Origin: an uncultured Dehalococcoidia bacterium
GTDB taxonomy: Bacteria > Chloroflexota > Dehalococcoidia > Lucifugimonadales > UBA3495
Length of the DNA: 15,576 nucleotides
NCBI GenBank assembly: GCA_950072105.1
Contig: CATMOE010000071.1
Coordinates: 1-15,576, forward strand
Direction: 5' to 3'
Shown: positions 7,973 to 15,576 of the stretch, in pieces
Numbering within the stretch: position 1 is the first letter of the stretch
How the letters are laid out: each line of letters begins with the position of its first letter
The notes under the pieces: model-generated
Database searches by the model: none
Seen by the model: the letters and a program-made list of their open reading frames with translations, nothing else
What the model was told of the DNA's origin: nothing
Translations under genes and position numbers: made by a program

Positions 7973-8152
7973 ATGAGCGCCAAGCCAACCCATGAAGAGT
8001 TGCTGCGGGATATTACCGATCGGGCCAAAGCGCTGTGGGGCGAGGCCAAGGCTGCGGAAATGGCGGCCGCACTGGAGCGGACGGCCACGGAGATGGAAGA
8101 GATCGACCGGGCCATGCTCAAACGGGACGTGGAACCCGGATATTATCAATAG
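7973..8152 (+). CDS. Small 59-aa helical protein, possible AtzG/GatC-like amidase partner subunit
   Basis: AAGGAG RBS then ATG at 7973 (MSAKPTHEELL...DVEPGYYQ), downstream of a clear promoter and directly upstream of an amidase. Function is inferred. Confidence 0.72.
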   Translation: MSAKPTHEELLRDITDRAKALWGEAKAAEMAAALERTATEMEEIDRAMLKRDVEPGYYQ

Positions 8153-8224
8153 ATTTCCAAAAAAGGATTAACCGAAACTAGTTTTCGAAAGCCATTCAGT
8201 TCGCCGAAATAACGAGGTAAACAC

Positions 8225-9583
8225 ATGCCAGAACCCTATCAGCTTTCCGTTGCCGAAGCCGCCGGGGAGATCCGAAGTGGGAGCCTATCTCCGGTAGAGT
8301 TGGCCCAGTCACTGTTGGGTAGGATAGATGCCCTGGAGCCTTCTTTGCGGGCCTGGGTGACCATCGACCGAGAGGAGGTCTTGACCGAGGCAAAACGACG
8401 GGAGGATGAACTCGGGCAAGGCGGGCCGAAAGGTCCCATCCACGGAGTTCCGATTGGACTGAAAGATATCTATTACACCGCCGGAATGAAGACAGCGTGC
8501 GGTTCTCGTATCAACGCCGACTTCGTGCCCGACTACGACGCAACGACTGTTTCCCGGATCAAGGAAGCGGGAGGGGTGATCCTGGGGAAAGCGGTAACCA
8601 CCGAGTTCGCCATGGGAGACCCGTCCCACGCCATAAATCCCTGGAACCCGGCCCATACTCCCGGCGGCTCCAGCAGCGGTTCGTCGGTGGCCGTGGCTTC
8701 CCGGATGTGCGCGGCCGCTTTGGGTTCCCAGACCGGCGGGTCAACCTGCCGGCCGGCGGCCTACAACGGCATCGTGGGTCTTAAGCCTACATATGGACGG
8801 ATCAGCCGTTACGGCGTGGTGCCGGTAAGCTGGTCGCTGGATACAGTGGGAATCCTGGTGCGCACCGTCGCCGACGCCGCCATAATGCTCCAAGTGATGG
8901 CCGGCCACGACCCCCAGGACCCTGGCTGTCCCGACCAACCCGTTCCCGACTACTTGGAAGCGATGAGCCGTCAGAATGGTCCGCCACGCATCGGCCTGAT
9001 AAAAGAGTTTTTCTACGACAAGTCCACGCCGGAAGTGCGCAGCCACACCGATGCGGCGGTGGAAAAGCTGGCCCAGGCTGGAGCGATCATTCAGGAAATC
9101 AGTCTGCCCGAAAGCTTCGCGTCAGCCCATAGCTGCCAGAGGATAGTCAGCAACGTGGAGGCCGCGGCCTACCATGAAGAATCGTATCGGGACCGGGCTG
9201 ACGAGTTTGGTCCGAAAGCACGTTCCAGCATCGAGATGGGCATGCTGATTCCCAGTGTTCGCTACGTCCAAGCCCAGCGCGCCCGCCGTCAGTTCCGGGT
9301 CGACATGATGGCGATGGTCCGTGAAGTGGATGTGGTGTTAACCCCGGCCATACAGGCTCCCGCGCCCCGCGACCTGAGCACCACGGGTGACGCCATGTTC
9401 CAGCAGCCCTGGACCTCGTCGGGTTTACCTAGCATAGTGGTGCCATCGGGGCTGAGCCAGGACGGTCTGCCATTGGCCATTCAGTTGGCTGGGCTGCCTT
9501 GGGACGAAGGGAAACTTCTAGCCGCCGCCGGTTGGTGCGAGTCCGTTCTTGGGATTAGCTTGTCGCCTCCGGATTTCTCTTAA
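8225..9583 (+). CDS. Amidase signature family enzyme (malonamidase E2-like motif)
   Basis: GVPIGLKD (Lys), PGGSSSGS (cis-Ser), LGSQTGGSTCRPA (Ser nucleophile), GLKPTYGRISRYG. Confidence 0.93.
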   Translation: MPEPYQLSVAEAAGEIRSGSLSPVELAQSLLGRIDALEPSLRAWVTIDREEVLTEAKRREDELGQGGPKGPIHGVPIGLKDIYYTAGMKTACGSRINADFVPDYDATTVSRIKEAGGVILGKAVTTEFAMGDPSHAINPWNPAHTPGGSSSGSSVAVASRMCAAALGSQTGGSTCRPAAYNGIVGLKPTYGRISRYGVVPVSWSLDTVGILVRTVADAAIMLQVMAGHDPQDPGCPDQPVPDYLEAMSRQNGPPRIGLIKEFFYDKSTPEVRSHTDAAVEKLAQAGAIIQEISLPESFASAHSCQRIVSNVEAAAYHEESYRDRADEFGPKARSSIEMGMLIPSVRYVQAQRARRQFRVDMMAMVREVDVVLTPAIQAPAPRDLSTTGDAMFQQPWTSSGLPSIVVPSGLSQDGLPLAIQLAGLPWDEGKLLAAAGWCESVLGISLSPPDFS

Positions 9584-9726
9584 CCGGGCGACTAGCCGAT
9601 CTGCCCTTAACCTTCACACCACCAAGAACCATTTTCCGCCCACCCGCATCTCACTTATCGGGTCGGCTCTCTGGCGGCCCGCGGCAGTTTTACCATCGCC
9701 CGATCCGGTAGACGTGGCAGGGATGA

Positions 9727-11145
9727 ATGGCCAACGGTGAATACGACCTGATAATTATCGGGGCCGGCTCGGCGGGGCTTACCGCGGCCGGTTTCGCCGC
9801 CCAGTTGGGCCTGAAAGTGGCTCTGGCCGAGAAGAACCGGATCGGCGGGGACTGCACCTGGACCGGTTGTGTGCCCAGCAAGTCGCTCCTGAAAGCCGCC
9901 AAGATCGCCCACCAGATGCGCAATGCTCACCGCTTCGGCATCGCCTCGGCCGAACCGGAAGTCGACCTGAAAGCGGTGATGGCGCGGGTAAAAAGGGTGG
10001 TGGAGGAGGTCTACCAGGCGGAGTCTCCCGAAACGCTGCGGGCGTCGGGAATCGATGTGTACCTAGGCCCCACCCGCTTCCTAGATTCCCACACCATTGA
10101 AACCGGAGACGACACGTTGACTGGGCGGCGATTCCTCATCGCCACCGGGGCACGGCCTTCCGTCCCTCCCATTTCCGGCATCGATGACGTTGATTTCTTG
10201 ACCTACGAGACTCTGTGGGACCTGGAGGAGTTGCCCCGGAGTTTCATCGTCATTGGCGGAGGCCCGATTGGATGTGAAATGGCCCAGGCGTTCTGCCGTT
10301 TGGGGTCTCACGTAACTCTTTTGGAAGCTGGTCCCCGAATATTGCCCCAGGACGAACCCGAAGCCAGCGACTTGATCGCGTCATGTCTGATCACTGATGG
10401 AGTTGATCTTCGGCTCGGAGCAATGGTTCAAAGAGTATGGCAGAACGGTGATACGATTCATGTGGGGATCGAAGGACGAACACTAGAGGGGGACGCGCTT
10501 CTTGTAGCCGCTGGCCGCCGCCCCGCGTTGGAAGACCTGTGGCTGGACAAAGCCGGTGTGGTATACGGCCCTCACGGGATCGAAGTCAACACCCGGTTGC
10601 GCACCAACCGCCGGCACATCTACGCCGCCGGCGACTGCTTGGGTGGTTATCAGTTCACTCACTACGCCGCCTGGCAGGGATTTATGGCTGTTCGCAACGC
10701 CTTCTTGCCATCCGGTCAAAGCGCCGTATTGGATCAAGTACCGTGGGCTACTTTCACCGACCCAGAGCTGGCGCATACCGGGTTGACGGAAGCCCAAGCC
10801 CAGTCGAAGTTCGGGCAAGAAGCGGTGGTGTGCAACTGGCCATTGGATCAGGTGGACCGTGCTCTGACCGAGGGAGACGCCATCGGATTCGTCAAGCTGA
10901 TCCACCGGCCCAACGGGACCATACTGGGCGCCACTATCGCCGCCCCTAGGGCTGGGGAGATGATTCAAGAGTGGAGCTTAGCCATTGACCTGGGATTGAA
11001 GATTGGAGCGCTGGCTAACTCGATACACGTCTACCCGACATATGCTACCGCCAGTATGCAGGCAGCCGCACACATCAAGGTTCAACAACTTCTAACCGGT
11101 ACCTCGGGACGCGTTATTCGAGGTATGGCCCGATGGGCACGCTGA
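9727..11145 (+). CDS. Class I pyridine nucleotide-disulfide oxidoreductase (MerA/LpdA-like)
   Basis: IIGAGSAG, redox-active GGDCTWTGCVPSK, IGGGPIGCE, YAAGDC, C-terminal IHVYPT. Confidence 0.9.
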   Translation: MANGEYDLIIIGAGSAGLTAAGFAAQLGLKVALAEKNRIGGDCTWTGCVPSKSLLKAAKIAHQMRNAHRFGIASAEPEVDLKAVMARVKRVVEEVYQAESPETLRASGIDVYLGPTRFLDSHTIETGDDTLTGRRFLIATGARPSVPPISGIDDVDFLTYETLWDLEELPRSFIVIGGGPIGCEMAQAFCRLGSHVTLLEAGPRILPQDEPEASDLIASCLITDGVDLRLGAMVQRVWQNGDTIHVGIEGRTLEGDALLVAAGRRPALEDLWLDKAGVVYGPHGIEVNTRLRTNRRHIYAAGDCLGGYQFTHYAAWQGFMAVRNAFLPSGQSAVLDQVPWATFTDPELAHTGLTEAQAQSKFGQEAVVCNWPLDQVDRALTEGDAIGFVKLIHRPNGTILGATIAAPRAGEMIQEWSLAIDLGLKIGALANSIHVYPTYATASMQAAAHIKVQQLLTGTSGRVIRGMARWAR

Positions 11146-11171
11146 GCATCGCCGCGGTCAGGAGTTAAACC

Positions 11172-11199
11172 TCGGTTGGTATGCGTCGGTTGGTATGCG
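11172..11199. repeat. Exact 14-bp tandem duplication (TCGGTTGGTATGCG x2) between convergent genes
   Basis: 11172-11185 is identical to 11186-11199. Confidence 0.85.
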
Positions 11200-11205
11200 G
11201 TTGAA

Positions 11206-11718
11206 TCATGGCCGCCGCGCTATCATTCCCTCGAGCGCCGATTTGGCGAGGACCGGATCGTAACCGAAGTCAACTGCTCGAGTGATGATTCTTTGGGACT
11301 CTAGGTCCCTGCCTTGCCAGGCATAGACCAAGCCCTTACCCATGTAGGCTTCCGATATGCCCCGCAGCAAATCATTCAGATTTTGCGACACACGTCCGCT
11401 AGCCAGCAGAGACCTAAGGTTGATGGCCTGGTTGTAGTCCACCACGGCGTGGCCCAGGTCTCCCTTGGCAAAGTAAGCGTCGCCCCGTTTTTGGTAAGCC
11501 ACAAGGTTGTCCGGATTTATCTCTGTAGCCAGGTCATACTCGGCTATGGCTAGGTCCAATAAGCCTGCCTCATAGAGCTGAGTCCCGGAGTCTAAATGGG
11601 TTAATTCAGGTGGGATCTCCAAGGGTTGTGGACGGATCAAGAAATATATACAGATAACTAGGAACGGTGCGCAGAATACCCCCAACATCATCGCTTTGAT
11701 CCCCAAGAGTGGCTTCAC
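11206..11718 (-). CDS. Tetratricopeptide-repeat protein with N-terminal membrane anchor
   Basis: Hydrophobic N-terminus, then TPR motifs (AIAEYDLATEINPDNLVAYQKRGDAYFAKGDLGHAVVDYNQAI; AYMGKGLVY). GTG start uncertain. Confidence 0.8.
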   Translation of the reverse strand: MKPLLGIKAMMLGVFCAPFLVICIYFLIRPQPLEIPPELTHLDSGTQLYEAGLLDLAIAEYDLATEINPDNLVAYQKRGDAYFAKGDLGHAVVDYNQAINLRSLLASGRVSQNLNDLLRGISEAYMGKGLVYAWQGRDLESQRIITRAVDFGYDPVLAKSALEGMIARRP

Positions 11719-12041
11719 CGTTTACTGCCCTTTCCCTTCAACAACTCTCCCGGCGTCTTGTGACTAAGACTTCATAGTCGCGTTGGTTTGACGGGGCGAG
11801 GACTCAATTTTTTCCGCGTTGGTCCACGCCACGCCACAAGACCGGCGCTCTCTATAGACGTTGGTATTGCGCCACAGATGTATATTCGGCACGTTAACGG
11901 AATTCTTAACATCGATAGGCGAGCGGTTGGCGGGTTATGGGCGATCTTGGACGCGCAAAAAGTGCAGGACCGCACCGAATAAGGTGAGCCCTGCATGCGT
12001 ATTCTGCGGTTAGACTATCCTTGATCAGGGTTCAAGGTTCA

Positions 12042-12989
12042 CTAGAAAACCGCCATCGGGTTGACCGGCGAACCGGTGGTATTGTGCAGGGCCAAAGGCC
12101 CGATGGATATGAGGAACTCCCACCGGTTCCGTTGGCGGCAGGCTTGGGCCACTTCTTCCAGATCGGCGTTGTCCAAGATCCAGATCCCCATCGCGGTGAT
12201 GCTAACCTGATGAATGGGGCTGGCAGGCTTGACGTATTGAGCCGGTCCGACATCGTTGCCGGTGTCCGAGCCCAGCATGGCTATATCACGTTCGTGGAAA
12301 AGGGGCAAACAGGCCGCTTGGCAGGCGGTGGAACCCGCCGAGCGATCCACCGGACCCTCGACGTTGCGGCGGTGTAGCTGCCCAGTACGTATCAGCAGCA
12401 CGTCGCCCTCCCCCACCCGGAATCCGCATCGCTCCTCCGCGGCCAGAATGTCCTCGGGCATAACTCCCTCGCCCCGCTCCACCCAGTCGATGCCCCTGAT
12501 CATTGGGACATCCACCAGCACGGCCCTGGTCATTATTCCCTTTTTGGCCTCTTCCACCGAGCCTACAGTTGCGCCCATGCTGGTGGAAACCATGTGGGCC
12601 GGCTTTCCGTTGAAGGTTTTCCCCTCCCAGAAGAAGTGGGCCAAGCTGTCCACGTGGGTTATTGTATAGCCGTGAAAAATCATGCCGAAAAAGTCGGATG
12701 CGGCGGCGGTGGCCCGGTCGGTGACTTTATCTCCGCTGGCCCAACCTTCGCCGCTCTCCACCATAAAGTGGACCGGCGGATTGGGGGCATCGAGGCTGGC
12801 TTCGAAATGCACCGTCCGAGACAGGGATATTCGCTCCCCTTCCTGCACCAGGGCGATGGCCCGTTTAACTTTGTCCGGAGTTATGAGGTTCAGGGCGCCA
12901 AGCATGTCATCGGGCCCCCAACGGCCCCAATTGGACAGGGACTTGAAGTAACCCAGCACTTCTTCTTCTGTAGGGATATTGGCTTGCAT
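12042..12989 (-). CDS. Cyclase-family metal-dependent hydrolase (kynurenine formamidase/isatin hydrolase-like)
   Basis: SNWGRWGPDDMLGALNLITP, THVDSLAH metal motif, GDVLLIRTG, TGSPVNPMAVF. AGGAGG RBS. Confidence 0.9.
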   Translation of the reverse strand: MQANIPTEEEVLGYFKSLSNWGRWGPDDMLGALNLITPDKVKRAIALVQEGERISLSRTVHFEASLDAPNPPVHFMVESGEGWASGDKVTDRATAAASDFFGMIFHGYTITHVDSLAHFFWEGKTFNGKPAHMVSTSMGATVGSVEEAKKGIMTRAVLVDVPMIRGIDWVERGEGVMPEDILAAEERCGFRVGEGDVLLIRTGQLHRRNVEGPVDRSAGSTACQAACLPLFHERDIAMLGSDTGNDVGPAQYVKPASPIHQVSITAMGIWILDNADLEEVAQACRQRNRWEFLISIGPLALHNTTGSPVNPMAVF

Positions 12990-13061
12990 GACGGTCCGCC
13001 TCCTTGATTCTTAGTACCGCTGAAAGTTGATAGCCGACAGCTGGTAGCTAATGTTTGACGG

Positions 13062-14420
13062 CTAATTCTGATTTACCGGTGGTGACAATTCCACATCCAG
13101 CACGTTCTCGCACCATCGGGCCGCGGCCAGCAGCTTGGGCTCGGAAAATGGAGCGGCGGCAAGTTGGATGCCAAAGGGCAGACCCGAAGCCGCCAATCCC
13201 GATGGGATAGTGATCACCGGTAGTCCACAAGATGTCCACGGTCCCTGAAACATGGTGTTGCCGGTATTCGTGATGTCGGCCAAAGCAGGTGTTGGCGTAG
13301 AGGGCGTTAGCAGTACGTCGGCCTTTTCGGCCAGCGCCTGCATCTCCGCGGTGAACTGCTGGCGCCGTTCCAAGGCCCGGGAATAGGTTGGACCGTCAGT
13401 TTCTAATCCCCGCCGCAACATCTCGCGTAACATGGGCTGGTAGTCTTGGGACTGGCGTTCGTACATGGGTTGATGAAAAGCCGCCGCCTCCACCGCCATG
13501 ATGATCCGTTGGTCTGCGATGGCCGTATCGATGCTGTCAGGCAACGAGATCTCCTCCACCGATGCTCCGGCGCGGCTAAGTTGCTCCACCACTCCGTCGG
13601 TGTGTTGCCGAGTCTCTTCGTCGGCGTTGTCGTAGAAGAAGCGGCGGATCAGGCCGATGCTGGGCGCCGCTGGCGACCCCAACCCGGACATGAAGTCGCC
13701 GGAGGGCTGGCGAGCGGTTATCGGTTCCTGCGGGTCGGGCACCGACATGACCTGCATGAGCAGGGCGATGTCTTCCACCGAACGGGCCATCCAACCGACA
13801 TGGTCTAACGACCAACTGACCGGTATCACGCCGTAACGGCTAACCCGTCCGAAAGTCGGCTTGAAGCCCACGACGCCGTTATATGAAGCCGGGCGCAAGA
13901 CAGACCCAACGGTTTGGGAACCCAGTGCCGCCGGGCACATTCGAGTCGCCACCGCCACCGCCGAGCCGCTGCTGGAGCCGCCGGGGGTGTGAGCCGGGTT
14001 CCAGGGATTTTTGGTTGGTGAGGGGTCCATGCAAGCGAACTCGGTGGTCACCGTTTTGCCCATCATGATTGCCCCGGCTCCTTTCAGCAGAGCAACCGTG
14101 GTGGCGTCGTATTCCGGAACAAATCCCTCATAGACTTTGGAGCAGGCGGTCGTGGGTATGCCCGCCGTGTAGTAGATATCCTTCAGGCCGATGGGAACCC
14201 CGTGCAGGGGACCGATGCTGCCGCCCTTCTCAAGTTCCTCTTGCTTCTGCTGGGCGTCCGCTAGGACCGCTTCCCGGTCCAGGTATACCCAGGCGCTTAG
14301 GCCGGGCTCCAAAGCGTCATATTGGCCGAGCAGCGATTCCACCAACTCAACCGGCGACAACTCCCGGTTTTTGATACGTTTTGCCGCCTTGGCGGCGGTT
14401 AGGTTGAAATGTTGTGGCAT
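13062..14420 (-). CDS. Amidase signature family enzyme (malonamidase E2-like motif), paralog of 8225-9583
   Basis: GVPIGLKD, PGGSSSGS, LGSQTVGSVLRPA, GFKPTFGRVSRYG. AGGAGG RBS. Confidence 0.93.
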   Translation of the reverse strand: MPQHFNLTAAKAAKRIKNRELSPVELVESLLGQYDALEPGLSAWVYLDREAVLADAQQKQEELEKGGSIGPLHGVPIGLKDIYYTAGIPTTACSKVYEGFVPEYDATTVALLKGAGAIMMGKTVTTEFACMDPSPTKNPWNPAHTPGGSSSGSAVAVATRMCPAALGSQTVGSVLRPASYNGVVGFKPTFGRVSRYGVIPVSWSLDHVGWMARSVEDIALLMQVMSVPDPQEPITARQPSGDFMSGLGSPAAPSIGLIRRFFYDNADEETRQHTDGVVEQLSRAGASVEEISLPDSIDTAIADQRIIMAVEAAAFHQPMYERQSQDYQPMLREMLRRGLETDGPTYSRALERRQQFTAEMQALAEKADVLLTPSTPTPALADITNTGNTMFQGPWTSCGLPVITIPSGLAASGLPFGIQLAAAPFSEPKLLAAARWCENVLDVELSPPVNQN

Positions 14421-14487
14421 TGGGGGTCCTCCTTTTGGGTGCTCTGACGTTGTTGCGTCCCTTAAATAGAACTATGCTCGCTCGATT

Positions 14488-15243
14488 TTATTTATTGATT
14501 GCCCGAATCTGATAATAAAGGGTTACGGATCTCCCAAATAATGAAGGCCTATTTTTGAATACGAGATGATGTAAACCACTAGACTTGACCAGGAATGAGC
14601 CGCCAGATTCGAATTTCCTTGAGGACTGCAACTCGGAATCTCCTGCAGGGTCAACTAAATTGAAGTCGACGTTCCTGTGAGAAGATTCGACCCAATAGAA
14701 CTCTAATCTCATGCCTGGGTCAAGTGGGATTTCTAGCTGTCTCTCGGATTCTGCCCCTTGGATAGTGAGGGCTGAGAACTTATGCTTTACGCCGAGGACG
14801 CCCTTACCCCAACACGTTGTATCGTCCCGTTGCCATATTACGCTTATATTCTCGCCAGGTGAAAGATCGCGCACAACCCGGTCCAAGTCATCTCTAGTAG
14901 TAACAGGTGTGCTATTGATTTTGAGAATCATATCTCCATGGATAAGTTCCAATTCCCGGGCAGCGGTAGCAGGTGTTGTATCAACTACCAGTAGTCCTTC
15001 TTGGAATTCGGCTCCTAGGATTGCTGTGCCATCACGATAGTGAATTGGCGAGGAAATCGCCCCTTGGGTAGGCCGGGCGTTTTCCGCCGCGTTCGTTGCC
15101 GGAACTGCGTGGCATATTGGTGTCGGCGGTACGGGCGTATTAACAGGTACGATGCTACAGGAAATTGCAAACCAGGCTCCGCCAAAGAATGCCAAGCGGA
15201 GTGTCGTCAAAATGCTGCGAAAAAAAATGATATTGTTGTGCAA
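14488..15243 (-). CDS. Putative exported/lipoprotein with PDZ domain and C-terminal GOLD (emp24/p24)-like beta-sandwich
   Basis: Hydrophobic N-terminus ending AISC, Pro/Thr linker, PDZ signature (ILGAE...GDMILKINSTPV...LSPGENISVIWQR), C-terminal VDFNLVDPAG...GSFLVKSSGLHHLVFKN...RSVTLYY. Start codon uncertain. Confidence 0.7.
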   Translation of the reverse strand: MHNNIIFFRSILTTLRLAFFGGAWFAISCSIVPVNTPVPPTPICHAVPATNAAENARPTQGAISSPIHYRDGTAILGAEFQEGLLVVDTTPATAARELELIHGDMILKINSTPVTTRDDLDRVVRDLSPGENISVIWQRDDTTCWGKGVLGVKHKFSALTIQGAESERQLEIPLDPGMRLEFYWVESSHRNVDFNLVDPAGDSELQSSRKFESGGSFLVKSSGLHHLVFKNRPSLFGRSVTLYYQIRAINK

Positions 15244-15294
15244 GACGCGGCTTGTTGCCTGAGGGAGGCGCCCTTATTATCGGACCGCTGACCG

Positions 15295-15576
15295 CTAAAT
15301 CGGAGGCCTGCGGGTATGCCAATCGGTGGCCTGCTCGTATGCGTGGGCCACCCGGAACAAAGTACCTTCGTCAAAGGGTTTGCCCGCTATCTGGAATCCG
15401 ACCGGTAGTTGCTGGCTGGTAAAGCCGCAATTTATGGACAGGGCCGGGGTGTTGGCCACGTTGAAAGGGGCGGTAAAGCTGCGGCGACCGGCTAATCCGT
15501 CCAGCACCTCCTGTTTGCTGCCGATTCCAGCCTTAGGTGGTATCGGAGAGGCTGGTATGGAGGATGTGGGCATGAC
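15295..15576 (-). CDS. C-terminal part of a third amidase signature family enzyme (truncated by window edge)
   Basis: FTAPFNVANTPALSINCGFTSQQLPVGFQIAGKPFDEGTLFRVAHAYEQATDWHTRRP is a typical amidase/GatA-like C-terminus. Confidence 0.88.
   Translation of the reverse strand, partial: VMPTSSIPASPIPPKAGIGSKQEVLDGLAGRRSFTAPFNVANTPALSINCGFTSQQLPVGFQIAGKPFDEGTLFRVAHAYEQATDWHTRRPPI

Noticed and set aside
8225..9583. gatA / gatCAB assignment
   Set aside because: SQT-type motif differs from GatA (SDTGGSIR), no gatB is present, and the upstream small protein is shorter than a typical GatC.
413..15291. Remaining short ORFs in the six-frame track
   Set aside because: Mostly antisense or out-of-frame shadows of well-supported genes in GC-rich DNA; the few intergenic ones show no recognisable motifs.

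Overview
GC-rich bacterial chromosomal segment. Gene content and paralog pattern resemble Chloroflexota Dehalococcoidia/SAR202, which is an inference and was not tested. Left to right: a DEAD-box helicase + TrmH/SpoU methyltransferase operon (-); GMC oxidoreductase + alpha/beta hydrolase (+); a ~0.8 kb small-element region holding an unannotated 48-aa Gly/Pro/Asn/Lys peptide gene, a structured hairpin overlapping a possible 23-aa micro-ORF, and tRNA-Ala(GGC) whose leader carries a mutated copy of its own 5' end; a gluconolactonase-family + PAL-like NHL lyase operon (-) divergent from a small AtzG/GatC-like gene + amidase (+); a MerA/LpdA-like flavoprotein disulfide reductase; a membrane-anchored TPR protein; and a minus-strand run of amidase (partial), PDZ+GOLD-like protein, amidase and cyclase-family hydrolase. 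No transposase, integrase, CRISPR array or rRNA was seen. The best leads are the tRNA leader architecture, the small peptide gene, and a possible carbinolamide lyase/amidase catabolic module.
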